A stretch of DNA of 64,000 bases from NCBI RefSeq assembly GCF_963921235.1, contig NC_086109.1, forward strand, positions 35,962,001 to 36,026,000. The letters are read 5' to 3'. Below, in pieces: positions 27,076 to 40,475 of the stretch. The notes under the pieces are model-generated. The model was not told the DNA's origin, searched no databases, and saw nothing but the letters and a program-made list of their open reading frames with translations. The position numbers and the translations under genes are program-made. This DNA is from Mobula hypostoma. Lineage: Eukaryota. The stretch's first letter is position 1, and every line of letters starts with the position of its first letter.

Positions 27076-28769
27076 CCGCTTCATCAATCAATAGTTTCCA
27101 TTTTCAATCCACAGAAGGTGTTCCACTAACAGCAGCAGCATAGGTGCAGTTATCGGTTCTGTTTCTTGGAGGACAGAAGTACAAGGTCGAATTCAAGAAG
27201 ACAACTAATCATTGAAATGCTGATAAATTGCCCTGTTTACTCTTGGAAAATGAAACACCTGAAAAATTTATGAAAGACCACACTCCTCTTGACATATTCT
27301 CCCTAATGCAAATCAAAAGTCTCCCTATTACCAGAGAAATATTACAAAGAGAAACCAGAAAAGACACCACATTGTCTTAGGTCTAGATGGCAACCCAAAA
27401 GGGCTGGAGCATGCAGCAGAAATTCCAGATCCCCCATTTTACCAGCACTGGGATGAACTTGCCCTCGATGGCAGTTCCCTTATGTGGGGATTGAGGGTTG
27501 ATTTTCGATCCAAGCTGAGAACTAAAGGGCTGGAGGAGCTATATGCCAGTCATCGAGGCATGGTCAAAATGAAAACATTGGATCGAAACTTTGCCTGGTG
27601 GCCTGGAATAGATCAGCAGATCAAGCAACTTACCACGCACTGTCCGGGATGCCAACACATTCAGAAGAATGTGTTCAAGGCATTCAGAAGTTCCCAAAAG
27701 CAGCTCCTCTCCATCCCTGGGAGTGGCCTGCATTGCTCTAGCAGAGGGTTCACACGGATTTTGCCAGACCATTCATCGGCACAAATTTCTTGGTAATAGT
27801 GATGCAGCTACAAAATGACCAGAAGTGTTCACAATAGCCTCCACTACAACCTCTCATACTGTTGAGGTGCTGAGAAGCCTCTTCTCAAGGACTGGTGTTC
27901 CAGAACACTTAGTCAGTGACAATAGACCACAGTTTGTTGTGGAAAAGCGTCAGTAAGCCTTGAAAATGAATGGAATAAGACATAGGATATCTACACCATA
28001 CAACCCGGCTATGAATAACTTTGCAGAATAGTGTCCAGAGCCGAAAGCATGCACTGCAAGCAATGTCAGCAGGGTACACCACACTGACAGTAAATCAGAA
28101 GCTTGCCAATGTTCTCTTTGCATATTGCAACACTGCACACTCCACACTCAACCACTCACCAGTTATGCTGTTCCTGTGCACTCATGCTTGAATCTCCTCA
28201 AACTCAAACTCTGGAGGAGTATGCAGGACAAACAAATAAGACAATTTGAGGGTTTGCCTTCAATGTTTGCCTCATGGACAGACAATATCCTAGCGAGGGA
28301 CTACAGAGGTGATCCAAAGTAAATACTCAGAAAAATTAAGGACAAAACTGGACAACTCTCCTACACAGTGGAGATTACGTCTGTTATTTTCTGGAGACGA
28401 TATATCGATCAGTTGGGGAGAAAAGATTCAATTCCTGGAGAAGAATGGTGTCCAGGGCTGCCAGAAACATAGGCAACTCCTCCCACCACCACAGAGGAGG
28501 CCTCTGAATCTGAGATTGCTTTACAGGATAAGCAAAAGAACCCACTTATCTACCCTGAGCATCTAGAGATCCAAAGGTTAATGTAATATATATAAAAGAA
28601 TGTGGCTGTAAAACGATCTAGATTTTGGAGCCTCCACTGTGCTGGTGGTAGGAGTTTACTCTCAAACTGCTTAAAATGGTTCTGGTACCCCTGTACACCT
28701 TTCTTCTCCAAGAATTGACTCTGTTCTCCTCAAATGATCTATGATAATACATAATCTCCACTGTGTGTG

Positions 28770-28863
28770 TGTGTGTGTAAAATACGTGAAATGGAATCAA
28801 CACATTTATCCACAGCTCCATGTTTTTTGATGAATTTTATGTTTTGGAGTTCCAAAACATAAC
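28770..28863 (+). repeat. Possible 3' LTR remnant of the Gypsy element
   Basis: It lies just downstream of integrase and ends ...ttatgttttggagttccaaaacataac, which is self-complementary. No matching 5' LTR is present to confirm it. Confidence 0.25.
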
Positions 28864-28889
28864 TGGTATTACTGACTGATCCATCTTAA

Positions 28890-29137
28890 GGCCCTTCATT
28901 GGTTGGAATTGACCATGGATGTTGCGTCCCAGCTAACTAAGTGATACGCAAGTCAGTACACAAGCAAGGGTTGTATGATACAGTGAACAGGCTGTTTCCC
29001 ATGCAGCAAGCTTCTCCTCTCTGTGCAGCTGATCAATTCAAAGGAATGGCAGAGACTTATACTTTCTGGCACTAGCAGCATTGCAGGAGATTCCAGTCAA
29101 TGTTGAACTTAACATTGGATTGGCTTAGGGACTCCAT
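28890..29137 (-). mobile_element. Degenerate RTE-type 5' UTR-derived repeat
   Basis: gcagctgatcaattcaaaggaatggcagagac...ggcactagcagcattgcaggaga resembles RTE 5' regions; recognised from memory only. Confidence 0.35.
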
Positions 29138-29642
29138 ATAAGTTACCTACTGTGGCCATTTATAATCATGTCAGGAGTGGAAAGAACAAGTAAAAGAAAC
29201 CACCTACCTACCTACATCAAGCATCAAGAGATCCAAAGGTTAATGTAATATACAGCCCATACCACTCCTTTCTACCCCACATTAGCTCATGTTAAAAAAC
29301 AAAGGATTTTTGAACTTTTGCTGTCTTACTCTTTGAAATGTGTACCTCACTCTAAACCCATAATCTAATAAAGTTTGTACTTTGTACTAGGTCTGTAATG
29401 ATCTTCTCTTGGCTTGGATTGATGACCCAAGTGCCCAAGAAGGCCTTTTTTCTCATTGTTTGGGGTGGCTACCATATATACTATCATGTATAAACAAAAC
29501 TTTTATCCACATTATGTATTATAGAAACATTAAGCTCCTATTTCCATATTATTTGTAGGTAGTTTTTATTTATATTTGTATTCAGCACTTTCATTAGTTT
29601 TACAACATCTGTTTCCTGGAACTAAATGTTTTTGTCTTTTAT

Positions 29643-29701
29643 TTGACTACCTTTCCTCCTTCTGCACTTGACTACCTTTTCTCCTTCTGCACTTGACTAC
29701 C
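29643..29701 (+). repeat. About 25-bp tandem repeat, 2.3 copies
   Basis: ttgactacctttcctccttctgcac / ttgactaccttttctccttctgcac / ttgactacc. Confidence 0.85.
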
Positions 29702-30869
29702 AGTGCCACAAGGAACAATTTCTTCTGCCTGTTTAAGTATATAAGTTCAAATGCAAATCAATTTTATTAGTAAATGGGTTGTTTGTGCCAAGTTTACACA
29801 TAATTACAACTTTTTTTTTAAATTTTGTGACACAACTACAAAATACAGAAGCAATTTCTATGCTTACATATCTTAACAGAGTAAGGAAGTCTCTGCTATT
29901 TAGAGTGGAGGATGACTTGAAAAGAACTGACTGACACACTGTGATTACTTTGCCAAGGAATATTAACTTTCAGAGGATGAATAACACCTTAATTATAAGC
30001 AAACGTTCTACACCCTTTTACTTAATGTGCTGCAATGTTCTGTGCGCCAAAGAAAAAGATGCTTTGACTGCCACATTTAATTGCAGTTTAATGTGCCCTT
30101 TTCTATAAACACAAAGCAATGAATAAAGTACTTCATGTGAGAATTGTAAAACTAGATAAATCATGTTAAAATAATAATCCTCTTTTTGACTTTAGAGTAA
30201 GTTTGAAAACATGTTTGAAGTAAAACTCAAAGATTCCACGGTGTCACAAATAATGGCTGAAGCTTGTACTTAACAACTACAGCAAAGAAGAATTTGTGTT
30301 GCAAGATCAACATCAGATTGCCAGAAAGCAACAAAGATACATTCCAACCCATTTTCCAATCACTGCAATTTGTCTTCAGTCAGAGATTCAATTTTGTACA
30401 AAATTCTCACAAGCTTGAATCATAGAAGAAACAGGAAAGGCAGCAGTGAAACAATCTTCTGACAACATTAAATATTGTAAGAGCCAGCATAACCACAACA
30501 GGCCAAAAGTCCTATTGTTCAGAAGGATTCAATAGGTTGAGTAAATCTATAGGCCCTTGCCCTTCTCTGATTGGATATCTGGCTTCCAGGGTTGTGAATA
30601 GAGCAAGCAGCCTGCTGTCCAGAAGCTACTACATAAATTAAAGCATTATTTTGGTCTTGCCATTTGTTTCAGATGCATCTGCTGTTTACAAATGAAATGG
30701 CCTTACACACATTAATTTGTCATAGTGGTAGTATAAGAACGCATTTTTTTATGAATCCTGGTATGGGAACTTGGTCCACCAGCCACAATCATGCTGCAGT
30801 AGGGATACATTTATTTTAATGCCTTGTTTAATATTATCAACAAAACTATTTTACTTTAGCACATTGAAT

Positions 30870-31326
30870 TAGAAAGGGCAGGTACAGGCTGAATTGTTGC
30901 AGAGGAGTTCACGCCACAGAGCAAATTGAAGCGACTGAGTTTGAGTCTGAGTCTGAGAGTGTAAAACGACCTGATGTTCAGATAACTTAAGCACCGGGCA
31001 AGATTGGAAAGGTCAGAATGTCGGGGGAGAGGGATGGGCCGATTCACCTCACCGTGCTGTGACAGATACTGGGCTCTGTGCTGAACTGTGGCTATGGCTT
31101 TGTGTCCGTGGACTGACGCTCTTTTGTAAACTTCAATTCTGAATGCTGTTTGCTTACACTTTTATTGCTGGCACTATTATCTTTCTCTGCCCATTATGTT
31201 TTGATGGTTTTCTGGTTTTTTAATGGGTTCTTTTCGGTTTCTTTGCTTTGTGACAGCCTGTAATGAGACAAATTGCAAGGTTGTATATAGTATATATACC
31301 TTGATAATAAATGTACTTTGAACTTA
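30870..31326 (+). mobile_element. Short non-autonomous retroelement with a Rex/Babar-like tail
   Basis: Ends ...gataataaatgtactttgaactt, the same tail type as at 13903 and 22912. Confidence 0.45.
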
Positions 31327-32999
31327 GATTAATTTCCATATTCTTCTTATGACATACAGGAGGACATTGTGACCCATTGTATTTGGTAGCAGAAAGAACA
31401 ATTCCATTCCCTGTGTGATCTATTCCCTCCATATTCCCGTTAAAGCTGAATGACTAGAGGTTCTATTTTGCCTCTGAAACCCACTTGCATGAAAATAAAA
31501 ATTTTTGTAAACCTTTATTCTATTTCAGTATTCATTTTACCACGTCTCTCTGTGGGGATTGTGCTGTTGCATCATTGTGCTTTAGCTCTTCTGCATGCCA
31601 TTAGTAATTAGTGTTGTATAGAGCTCTGCAGATCAGAATGTTCCCACTTAATCACAGATTGTGCTAAATAATTAGACTTTGGTGAGGTTAGCAGCAAAAG
31701 TAATTCCTTGAAAAAGAAATAAGGGGAGAATAAAACTGAGTTCCTTTTCATGATTTCTTTCTCCCCCATTTAACACGGGGGTGAAAAGATCACATTAACT
31801 TATCCTGAAGTAGCCTGTAATGGTAGCAAGCCACAAGCTAATAGCCTTATCTCAGGCAACAGATTTACAATCCTAACATTCAGGGAGATAATGAGCACAG
31901 AAGTTTAATTACATTTTTACGAATTATGTGATTAGATTTTATCAAAATTCTGCTAAACTTGATTGATATCTGGTCTTGATGATGTAATATGTAGTGTTAC
32001 CTTGTACAGTATGATCGAAGAATATCTAGTAAGGCAATATGTAATTGTAGCTGCCAAAAATTTAAGTTAGTTTGTAAAGTTAAACTACAAGGTTAGTGAG
32101 CGGTTCCGTTAAAGATAATTTCACTTTAACAACGATCACAGAATTATTACAACCTTTAGAGTGCCTGTGGCAATTAGGGGCCTGGCTTAGCATAAGGACT
32201 CACAGAGATGAAGACTTAATTAACATGTTTAGAGTTAATGATTTTCATCACATTTTCTTAAAATACATGGGCTTTATGTGGTAGAAAACATCTAAAATAA
32301 CAGACAGGAGACAATGAGTCTCGTCTGAGATTAATGGTTTTATTGTCTTGTTCCAATACAACAATCTCTGCAGAGATACAAGGAAAGGCAAAGGGTCAAT
32401 TGGAAGCTCATGGGCACCAGATGGAATATGACTAGGAATTACTTCAGTGCAAATAGCCTCTGATGATACGGGGTGAGCAAATCAGCATTGATGGATCAAG
32501 TCAAAGGATGTTGTTTTGTGAGATCATACAGAAGCATGATGGAATGGCAGAGCAGACTCGATGGGACAAATGGCCTAATTCTGCTCCTGTATCTTATGGT
32601 CTTATATGGACCAAAAGCAGAGGACACCAAGGTACATGTGAAGAAAGTGATGACAGTTGAGTTGCTCGTACACCTTATTGCTCTGGGACTGAGTTAAGCA
32701 AAGATAACTAAACGTCTATATCCTGGTTGAATTATTGTACCCCATTTCCATAATGTGCATAAATTTCCATGCCTTGTGCAATCAGGAGAGTGTGTGGGCC
32801 TATATGATGACTGGGGTCCTTTCCCTCTAGGGAACTGGATGAACAGAGAATTAAAGTATGAGTGGTTTTCTTACCCACACATCATATAAATTAGTTCTGG
32901 GTCTATAGTGAGAATGACACACATTTTCACAGACACCACCAGACATGAACTGTGATGTTAAACACTGTATATTACATATCTTGACATCATGTGTTGAGA

Positions 33000-33175
33000 C
33001 TGATGTAAGAGAATTGAAAGGAATCACATCAATCCAAACATAAAGAAGACATGCCAGTGTCTGTATTTCTTGAGAGGTTGGAAGAGATTTGGTATGTCAC
33101 CAAAGGCTTTTACAAATAGCAATAGATGTTCAGTGGAGAACATTCTGACTGGTTGCATCACAACCTGGCTTGGAA
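33000..33175 (+). mobile_element. Rex1/Babar-type LINE internal fragment
   Basis: Translates CLYFLRGWKRFGMSPK...VENILTGCITTWLG. Confidence 0.65.
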
Positions 33176-35925
33176 GGATGAATACAAGACTGAATGTGAA
33201 TACGTGCTGTATACAGAATAAAGTAGATGAACTTGTAGAACAGTTGTAGATTGGTAGGTAGCATGACTGAATCATGGTTGAAAGAAGATTATAGCTGGAA
33301 GGTTAATGTCCAAGAATACACATTATATCAGAAGGAAGGCAAAGGGGGCAGTGTTGCTCTGTTGGTAAAAAATGAAATCTAATCATTAGAAAGAGGTGTT
33401 GAATCATTGTGGATAGAGCTAAGGAACTGCAAGAGTTAAAAAAAAACCCTGATGGGAGTTATATACAGATCCCCAAACATTTGTGGTGAACAAATTACAG
33501 ATACAGAAAATGCATGCCAAAAGGACAATGTTACAATAGCTATGGGGGATTTTGATATGCAGGTAGATTGGGAAAAGAAAATTGGTGCTGGGTTCCAGGA
33601 AGAGGTATTTCTAGAGTGCCTATCAGATGGCTTTTTAGAGCAGCTTGTGGTTGAGCCCACTAGGGGATCAGCTATTCTGGATTGGGTGTTGAGCAATGAC
33701 CCAGAATTGATAGAGAGCTTAAGGTAGAAGAACCGTTAGGGGTAAGTGATCATAGTACAGTGTGATCAAATTCACCCTGAAATTTGAGAAGGAGAAGTTG
33801 AAGTCAGATATATCTGTATTACAGTGGAGGAAATGGAATTACAGAGACATAAGAGCGGAGTTGGCCAGAATTGATTGGAAAAAAACACTGACAAGTATGA
33901 TGGCAGAACAGCATTGGCTGGAATTTCTGGAAGCAATTCAGAAAGCACAGGATATATACATCCCAAAGAGGAAGAAGTATTATAAAGGAAAGATGACACA
34001 ACCGAGCACAACCGAGCCTAACAAGAGAAGCTAAAGCCAACATAAAAGCCAAAGGAATGGCATATAATACAGCAAAAAAAGTGGAAAGTTAGAGGATTGG
34101 GAAATTTTTAAAAACCAACAGAAGTCATAAAGGTAGAGATGGAACATGAAAGTAAGTTAGCTAATAATATTAAAGAGGATACCAGAAGTTTCTAAGGATA
34201 CATAAAATGTAAAAGAGAGGTGAGGGTGGATATCGAGCCATCAGTAAATATGCTGGAGTGGTAGTAATGGGGGACAAGGAAACTGCAGATGAAGTGAATA
34301 GCTATTTTGCATCAGTCTTCCTTGTGGAAGATGCTAACAGTATGATGGAAGTTCCAATTGTCCAGGGTCATGAAGTTATCATTACAAGAAAGTAGGTTCT
34401 TGGGAAACAGAAAGACCTGAAGGTAGGTAAGTCACCTAGACCGGATGGTGTACACCCCAGGGCTTTGAAGGAGGTTTGTGAAGAGATCGTGGAGGCAGTA
34501 GTGATGGTTCAGGAATCACTAGTTTGGAATGGTTCTAGAAGACTGGAAAATTGCAATTATCACTTCATTCTTCAAAAAGGGAGAAAGGCAGAAGAAAGTA
34601 AATTATAAGCCTGTTAATCTGACCTCAGTGACTGGGAAAATGTTGGAGTCAATTGTTAAAGATGTAGTTTCGGGATACTTGGAATCACATGATAAAATAG
34701 GCCATAGTCAGCATGGCTTCCTCAAGGGAAAATCTTGTCTCGCATATCTGTTGGAATTCTTCGAAGAAATATCAAGCAGGATAGACAAAGGAGAATCATT
34801 TGAAGTTGTGTACTTGGATTTTCAGAAGTCCTTTGACAAGGTGCCACATATGAGGCTGCTTAGCAAACTATGAGCCCATGGTATTACTGGAAAGATTCTA
34901 GCATGGATAAAGCAGTGGCTGATTGGCAGAAAGCAAAGAGTTGGAATAAATGGAGCCTTTTCTGGTTGGCTGCCAGTGACTACTGGTGCTCCACAGGGGT
35001 CTGCATTGGGACCAACTATTTTTACATTATATGTCAATGATTAGATGATAGAATTGATGGCTTTGTTGCAAAATTTGCAGATGATTTGAAGATAGGTAGA
35101 GAAGCAGGTAGTTTTGAGGAGATATTGAAGCTACAGAAGGACTTAGACAGATTAGGAGAATGGGCAAAGAAATAGCCAATGGAATACAATGTCAGTAAGT
35201 ATATGATCAAGCACTTCAGTAGAAGAAATGAAAGGGTTATTCTTTTCTAAATGGAGAGAAAATACAAAAAAACTGAGGTGCAGAAGGACTTGGGATTCCC
35301 TAAAGGTTAGTTTACAGTTTGAGTTTGTGTTGAAGAAAGCAAATGTGACATTAGCATTCATTTTAAGAGGACTAGAAGATAAAAAGCAAAGATGTAGTAT
35401 TGAGACTTTATAAAGCACTGGTGAAGCCTCACTTAGAATATTGTGATCAAATTTGGGCCTTTATCTTAGAATATGCTTGCCATATGAAGAGTGTTTGACA
35501 GCTCTGGGTCTGTATTCACTAGAATTCAGAAGAAGAGTGCTGACCTCATTAAACCTATTGAATGGTGAAAGGCCTTGATAGAGTGCATATGGAGAGGATG
35601 TTTCCTACGGTGGGAGAGTCTAATCTGGGGGACATAGCCTCAGAATATAGAATAGTCTCTGTACTTTTTGAATGGAGATGAAGAGGAATTTCTTTAGCTA
35701 GAGAGTGGTGAATCTGTGGAACTCAATGCCACAGGCAGCTGTGGAGTCCAAGTATTTATGTATATTTTTAATCCAGACGTTGCTCTGGACTGGTCAGATC
35801 ATGAAAGGATATGGGGAGAAGTAGAAGATTAGGGCTGAGAGGAAAATTGGATTAGCTATGATGAAGTGGCAGAGCAGACTTTGTGGGCTAAGTGACCTAA
35901 TTCTGCACCTATATCTGATGGTCCT
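33176..35925 (+). mobile_element. 5'-truncated CR1 (ORF2 EN-RT and 3' tail), same subfamily as 3790-7630
   Basis: GVIYRSP...MGDF...ILDWVL; NYKPVNLTSV...QHGF...DFQKSFDKVPH; GAPQGS...FADD; tail cctaattctgcacctatatctgatggtccta. Confidence 0.92.
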
Positions 35926-36557
35926 AACGAAGCTCGAATACCTCTTTAGATTTTTTGCTTTTTGCTCATTGCCCCTGCCGGCCTCTCTTTTCTGCTCATG
36001 ACTTTCAGATCAGCAGCCACAGGACCAGAGTCTCTTCAAGCTCCTGAGCATCAGCTGTCCATCCTCCTCTTACCATTGAAGTCTGGTTTGCTTGTGTTTG
36101 ACCTCCCCATCTCCTCCTATGTTACTCCTCCTCAAATCTGTTCACTTCCCAGGCCTCATCTCTCATCAGACATCATTGACATAAGTATCCTTTGATATTG
36201 CACTACCCCCAACGATTGACAATGTCCAGTCACATTCCAGAGTAGTCCGTCTCCTCCAGACATACCATAAGGCTTTGGCCTAATCACGTTTCTAAGCTTC
36301 CATCCACTAGAATCCCCCAACTTCCATCAGATCACACGATACATCTGCTCCATCCCAAACTCCATATATAACTGCTCTCCCTATAACAAATACCTTTCCA
36401 CAGCCTTGAAGCGCTAACTTTGCCCGATTAATTTAGCTAATCCAGACCTTTAAACCCAATTCTTTCATCATTAGAGTATTGAAGCTACACAGCATAGAAA
36501 CATGCCTTTCAGCACATTGAATCCGTGCAAAGCATTAACCATCCATCTACACAAGAT

Positions 36558-37100
36558 CAAAGTTCATGTATGTTACCATATACTGCCCTGAGATTCATTT
36601 TCCTGTGGGCATTCGTAGCAAGTACAAAGAAATGCAATAGAGTCAATGAAAACCTGTACACAAATAAAGATAGACAAACTACCAATGTGCTAATTGTGCA
36701 AATACAAAGAGAGAGAAAAAAACAAAGCTAATGATAATAAATATTGACAACATGAGTTGTGGAATCTTTGTCATTGAGTCCATAGGTTGTGGAATCAGTT
36801 CAATGTTGTAGTGAATGAAGGCTATCCCTTGTGGTTCAAGATCTTGATGGTTGAGGGGTAATAGCTGTTCCTGAGCATCTGAAGCTAGGGGTGTGGAACC
36901 TAAGGCCCCTGTATTTCCTTCCTGATGACAGAAGCAAGAAGAGAGTATGGCCTGGATAGTGGAGGTCCCTGATAATGAATGCTGCTTCCTGTAACAATGC
37001 TCCTTGTAGATGTGCTCAGTGTTGGGAAGGGGTTTAAATATGATGGATTGGGCTGTATTCACTACTTTTTGTGGGCTTTTCCACTCAAGGGCTTAGCAGG
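36558..37100 (-). mobile_element. Rex1/Babar-type LINE 3' fragment
   Basis: Minus ORF NTAQSIIFKPLPNTEHIYKEHC; similar to 13903-14460. Confidence 0.6.
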
Positions 37101-38489
37101 ACTTGATGCAATCTGTCACCAGAACACATATTGGCCCCAATATACCCACCATACCTACTCAATTATACTTCTCACCTACATACTAGAGACAATTTACAGA
37201 GATAGATCAAGCAATAACAAAGGACTATGCTAACAATAGGCATTGGAAAAGAAGTTACTTAATTATGACATTTTAGAACCAAATGAACATGATGCTGCAA
37301 AACTATGTTAATAAAGAGTTTAAGAGTTTACCCCTCGAATCCAGAGCTGTTGAGTCAGCATCTGAAAGACAACGATAGGCTAATACTTTGAAAGTTATTG
37401 ATACAGTTAGTCAGATTTTAAAAATAAATTTCAGTCAATTATAGATTTTAAAAGTAGTTGGCTTTCAGTTTAATTTATACCTCATTAAAATTCATGGATA
37501 CTATTAAATCTATTCGCATATCTTTCTTTGGGAGATGGAAACTAAACTTAAATTGTAAACTATAGTCCAGAAATAATTGCAGTATTTGTATATTTATATC
37601 AATATCCCATTTAATGAAGGCTTTGATCCATTTATTCCATATGCCTTAGTGCTTCCAATAAAATGGCAAAGCGTGTTTACTCGCATACTATTAAGTCATG
37701 TCAATGCTTACAGTGTACATATTCTGCTGATGATTAAAATAGTAATTTTAAAATATAGAGTAAAACACTTCAAAAGATTTGATCAGATGCAAAATTAATA
37801 AGGTTATGTTAACTCTGCACTGCAGGGAAAATGAAAATTCTGTTAAAAATTTGGACTTAAAATTCATAGCACTGTTTGTGTGAAGGGTGATAAATGAAAG
37901 CCCGAACATTTAATTATTCTTCCACTCAAATACCAATCAGCCCTCCCGACAACTCTACAAAAGTGGAGCTTATGAATAAGTAATCCTCTTATATGTGTGG
38001 TTAGTTCAGTCATGCATGACACCTTGGCAATGTATGGTAGAATTAGAGTGCTAGAGAGCCGCTTATTAGTTGGTCACCATCCCCATGCCCATTTCCTACC
38101 TCAACCTTCTGCAAACACAGAGCGCTACTTTAAGGTTTTTTCTGAGAATCTAAAGAATAAGCCTTTGTTTTTTTTTTGGTGTTCCCTAGTAAGTTATGAC
38201 ATTTGGAAGTATTTTGGGCTGATTCTGGATGGCATTAATTTTACTTGGAATTAGCTTATTCTTTACATGGGGTGCTTTAGTGGAGCAAAACATAGGACTT
38301 TGGAGATGACATAATAGACTTGTAGAGTCTAGAAGAATATGGCGGAGAAGGATAGAGCCAAGTAGAAGATGACAGGAAAAGAAGTGTCACTTTCTGAAAC
38401 TCCAAACCAATGTGTGAACAACATTATCTGTGATTGGGTCAGTTTGGCTGTTAACCTTTACAAAGAAAGAAAAATCACAAAAATTTGCC

Positions 38490-38835
38490 AGGAGTCAAGA
38501 GCCTCAGTTATATGGAAAGATTGGGCAGGCTAGCCCTTTATTCATTGGAGCATGGGAAAATGAAGGGTGACCTTTTCAGGGAAAGGGCAATAAAGAATTA
38601 GGATTTAGGTAACAGTGGAAAGAACGGAAAGGTATCCGAAGGGCAACTTCCTGGAATGAGCTGCCGGAGAAAGTAGCTGAGCCAAGTACAGTTACAACAT
38701 TTCAAAGACATTTGGATAAGGAAGGATCAAAGGCATAAAGGCCAAATGTGACCCAAGGGGACCAGCATAGATGGACACCTTATTTGGAATGGAGAAGTTG
38801 GGTCTTTTTCTGTGTGTATTACTTTATGACTCTGT
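38490..38835 (+). mobile_element. CR1 3' fragment
   Basis: gagcctcagttatatggaaagattgggcaggctagccctttattcattggag...ctggaatgagctgccgga...tttatgactctgtgac tail. Confidence 0.6.
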
Positions 38836-39535
38836 GACCAGAAACTTCCTAGCTAGTTGCTTGGCAGTGTAGAATATTGCCAACATGCAAGGGTCATGAT
38901 TACTAACTGCAACCTTGGCAAAGGTGTTGGCCATACTAGCACTGAGAGTGTCAAAGAGCAGACTCAAGAATACTCCTGTAATATGACAGGCGCTTAGACC
39001 ATTGAAGGTAATTTCTTCAGTTCATCCTCTTTCTGGATTTCTGGTTGAATACAGTATTTCTTTGTCTTTGTGAGGAATGAGCCCTCATGAAGCATTGCAC
39101 AGCCACACTGGTTGTTTGTTGCACCTGAAATGTGAAAGAGGACGAAAAGCACACAAATCTGAAAGCTATGGCTGCACTTTGTCACTTTGGACAAGATGCA
39201 ATAAGACGAGGTTATCCTGTGTGACATGAATGCTGCATTATCCAGATATTCATGTGTTGTGTGTGATCTTCTCTCACCAAGAAGGGAGCATAGAAGGGAC
39301 AAATCTGCATTGAGTAAGTGCCCGTCTTGACAGAAGAACATAGAATTTATTGTGCTGAGTGTGAGGTGGTGAGTAAACTGCATTAGTCACTGGAGACACA
39401 TGTGGTGTGAGGAAGGGTGTTGTGACCTTTAGAGAGTAAAATTAACGGAAAGGGAGTTTAATCTGTTGTGGAACTACAGGTATTAAGATAGTTCAGTTGA
39501 GGGGTCAGCCTCAGAACTGGATTGGGATTTATTAA

Positions 39536-39772
39536 CACTCAAAACACTGGAGAAATTCAGCAGATCAGGCAGTAACCATGGAGGGAATAAATATTCAATG
39601 TTTCGAACTGTGACTTTTTATAAGGACTGGAAAGGAAGGGAGCAGAAAACTGAATAAGAAGGTGGGAAGAGGGAGGAAGGAGGCCCATAACCTCTCTATG
39701 CTAACTGACCTGAATTCCTCCAGCATTTTGTGTGTTGCTCAAGATTTGCGGATTTGCAGAATCTCTTGTGTC
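39536..39772. mobile_element. Degenerate inverted PLE-terminus unit
   Basis: A reverse terminus is followed by a forward terminus. Flanked by ttgggattttattaa and ttgggattattaa. Confidence 0.55.
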
Positions 39773-40249
39773 TTGGGATTATTAAACTTCTTTCCATATT
39801 GCAGTGTTACTGCTTTCTCTGGAAGACGTGCATGATAGGCTTTCTTTCCTGCCTGTGACCACAACTGAAGCATCCATAGTCACATTGGGAACCTGAATCG
39901 CTAAATCTAGATATTTTACAACTTCTTATATAACCGGTGTGCTTTGGCCAGTCTGTACGAAGGAGATCATCTGCACTTTAAGAGATGTTAACCACTCTTA
40001 AATGGCCAGATATCCCAGCCAATCCAATAACCTTCAGCCAATAAACAGCACAAGCAGCTCTGGCTACAAAACTGCCTTGTTAATAGATGCCAGCCCCATG
40101 GTTGGACGCATCTAGTAGGTACGTTGTTGGCCCATATTGAGAGTAAGTACCGATCTGATCTACAGTGACCCTGAATCCGACTACTGCTGTCAGCGGGGAA
40201 GCTTGTATGGTATTGCAGTATCATTTTCCACATTCCAAATTTATTTATT

Positions 40250-40475
40250 GAGTGCAGTATGGACCTGAGGTGCGTCATCCAGCAATCAATTTACAATGAT
40301 CAAATAACCTACCAAATGGTAGGTTGTTGGAATGGGGGAGGAAATCGGAACACCCGGAGGAATCCCATGCAGTCATGGGAGAAAGCACAAACTCCTTACA
40401 GACAGTGGTGGGAATTGAACCTGGGTCGCTGGTACTCTAAAGCACTGTACTAACCACTACATTATGGTTCCACCC
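40250..40475 (-). mobile_element. V-SINE (HE1-like)
   Basis: gggaggaaatcggaacacccggaggaatcccatgcag...gggaattgaacctggg...ctaaccactac is the reverse of the A box, B box and V-domain. Confidence 0.75.

Larger units (their letters stand above)
22125..28530 (+). mobile_element. Decayed Gypsy/Ty3 LTR retrotransposon internal region (gag-PR-RT-RH-IN) with two nested insertions
   Basis: Gag-like MAGYIGKIDVFD starts at 22290. Zinc-knuckle remnant at about 22860-22910 and 23670-23700. Protease DIGLTVSVI at about 23930. RT KKNGSVRICGDFK...FGVASAPA...CLDDI at 24380-24785. RNase H EKNYTQIDREAL...ITDH at about 25250-25355. Integrase HRGMVKMK...WWPGID...CPGCQ and GVPEHLVSDN at 27480-28030. Confidence 0.9.

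Noticed and set aside
38994..40278. ORFs of 129 aa and 96 aa in non-repeat sequence as host genes
   Set aside because: No recognisable domain or consistent splice structure. The gaggacgaaa at about 39140 lacks an upstream CUGANGA box, so it is not a hammerhead.
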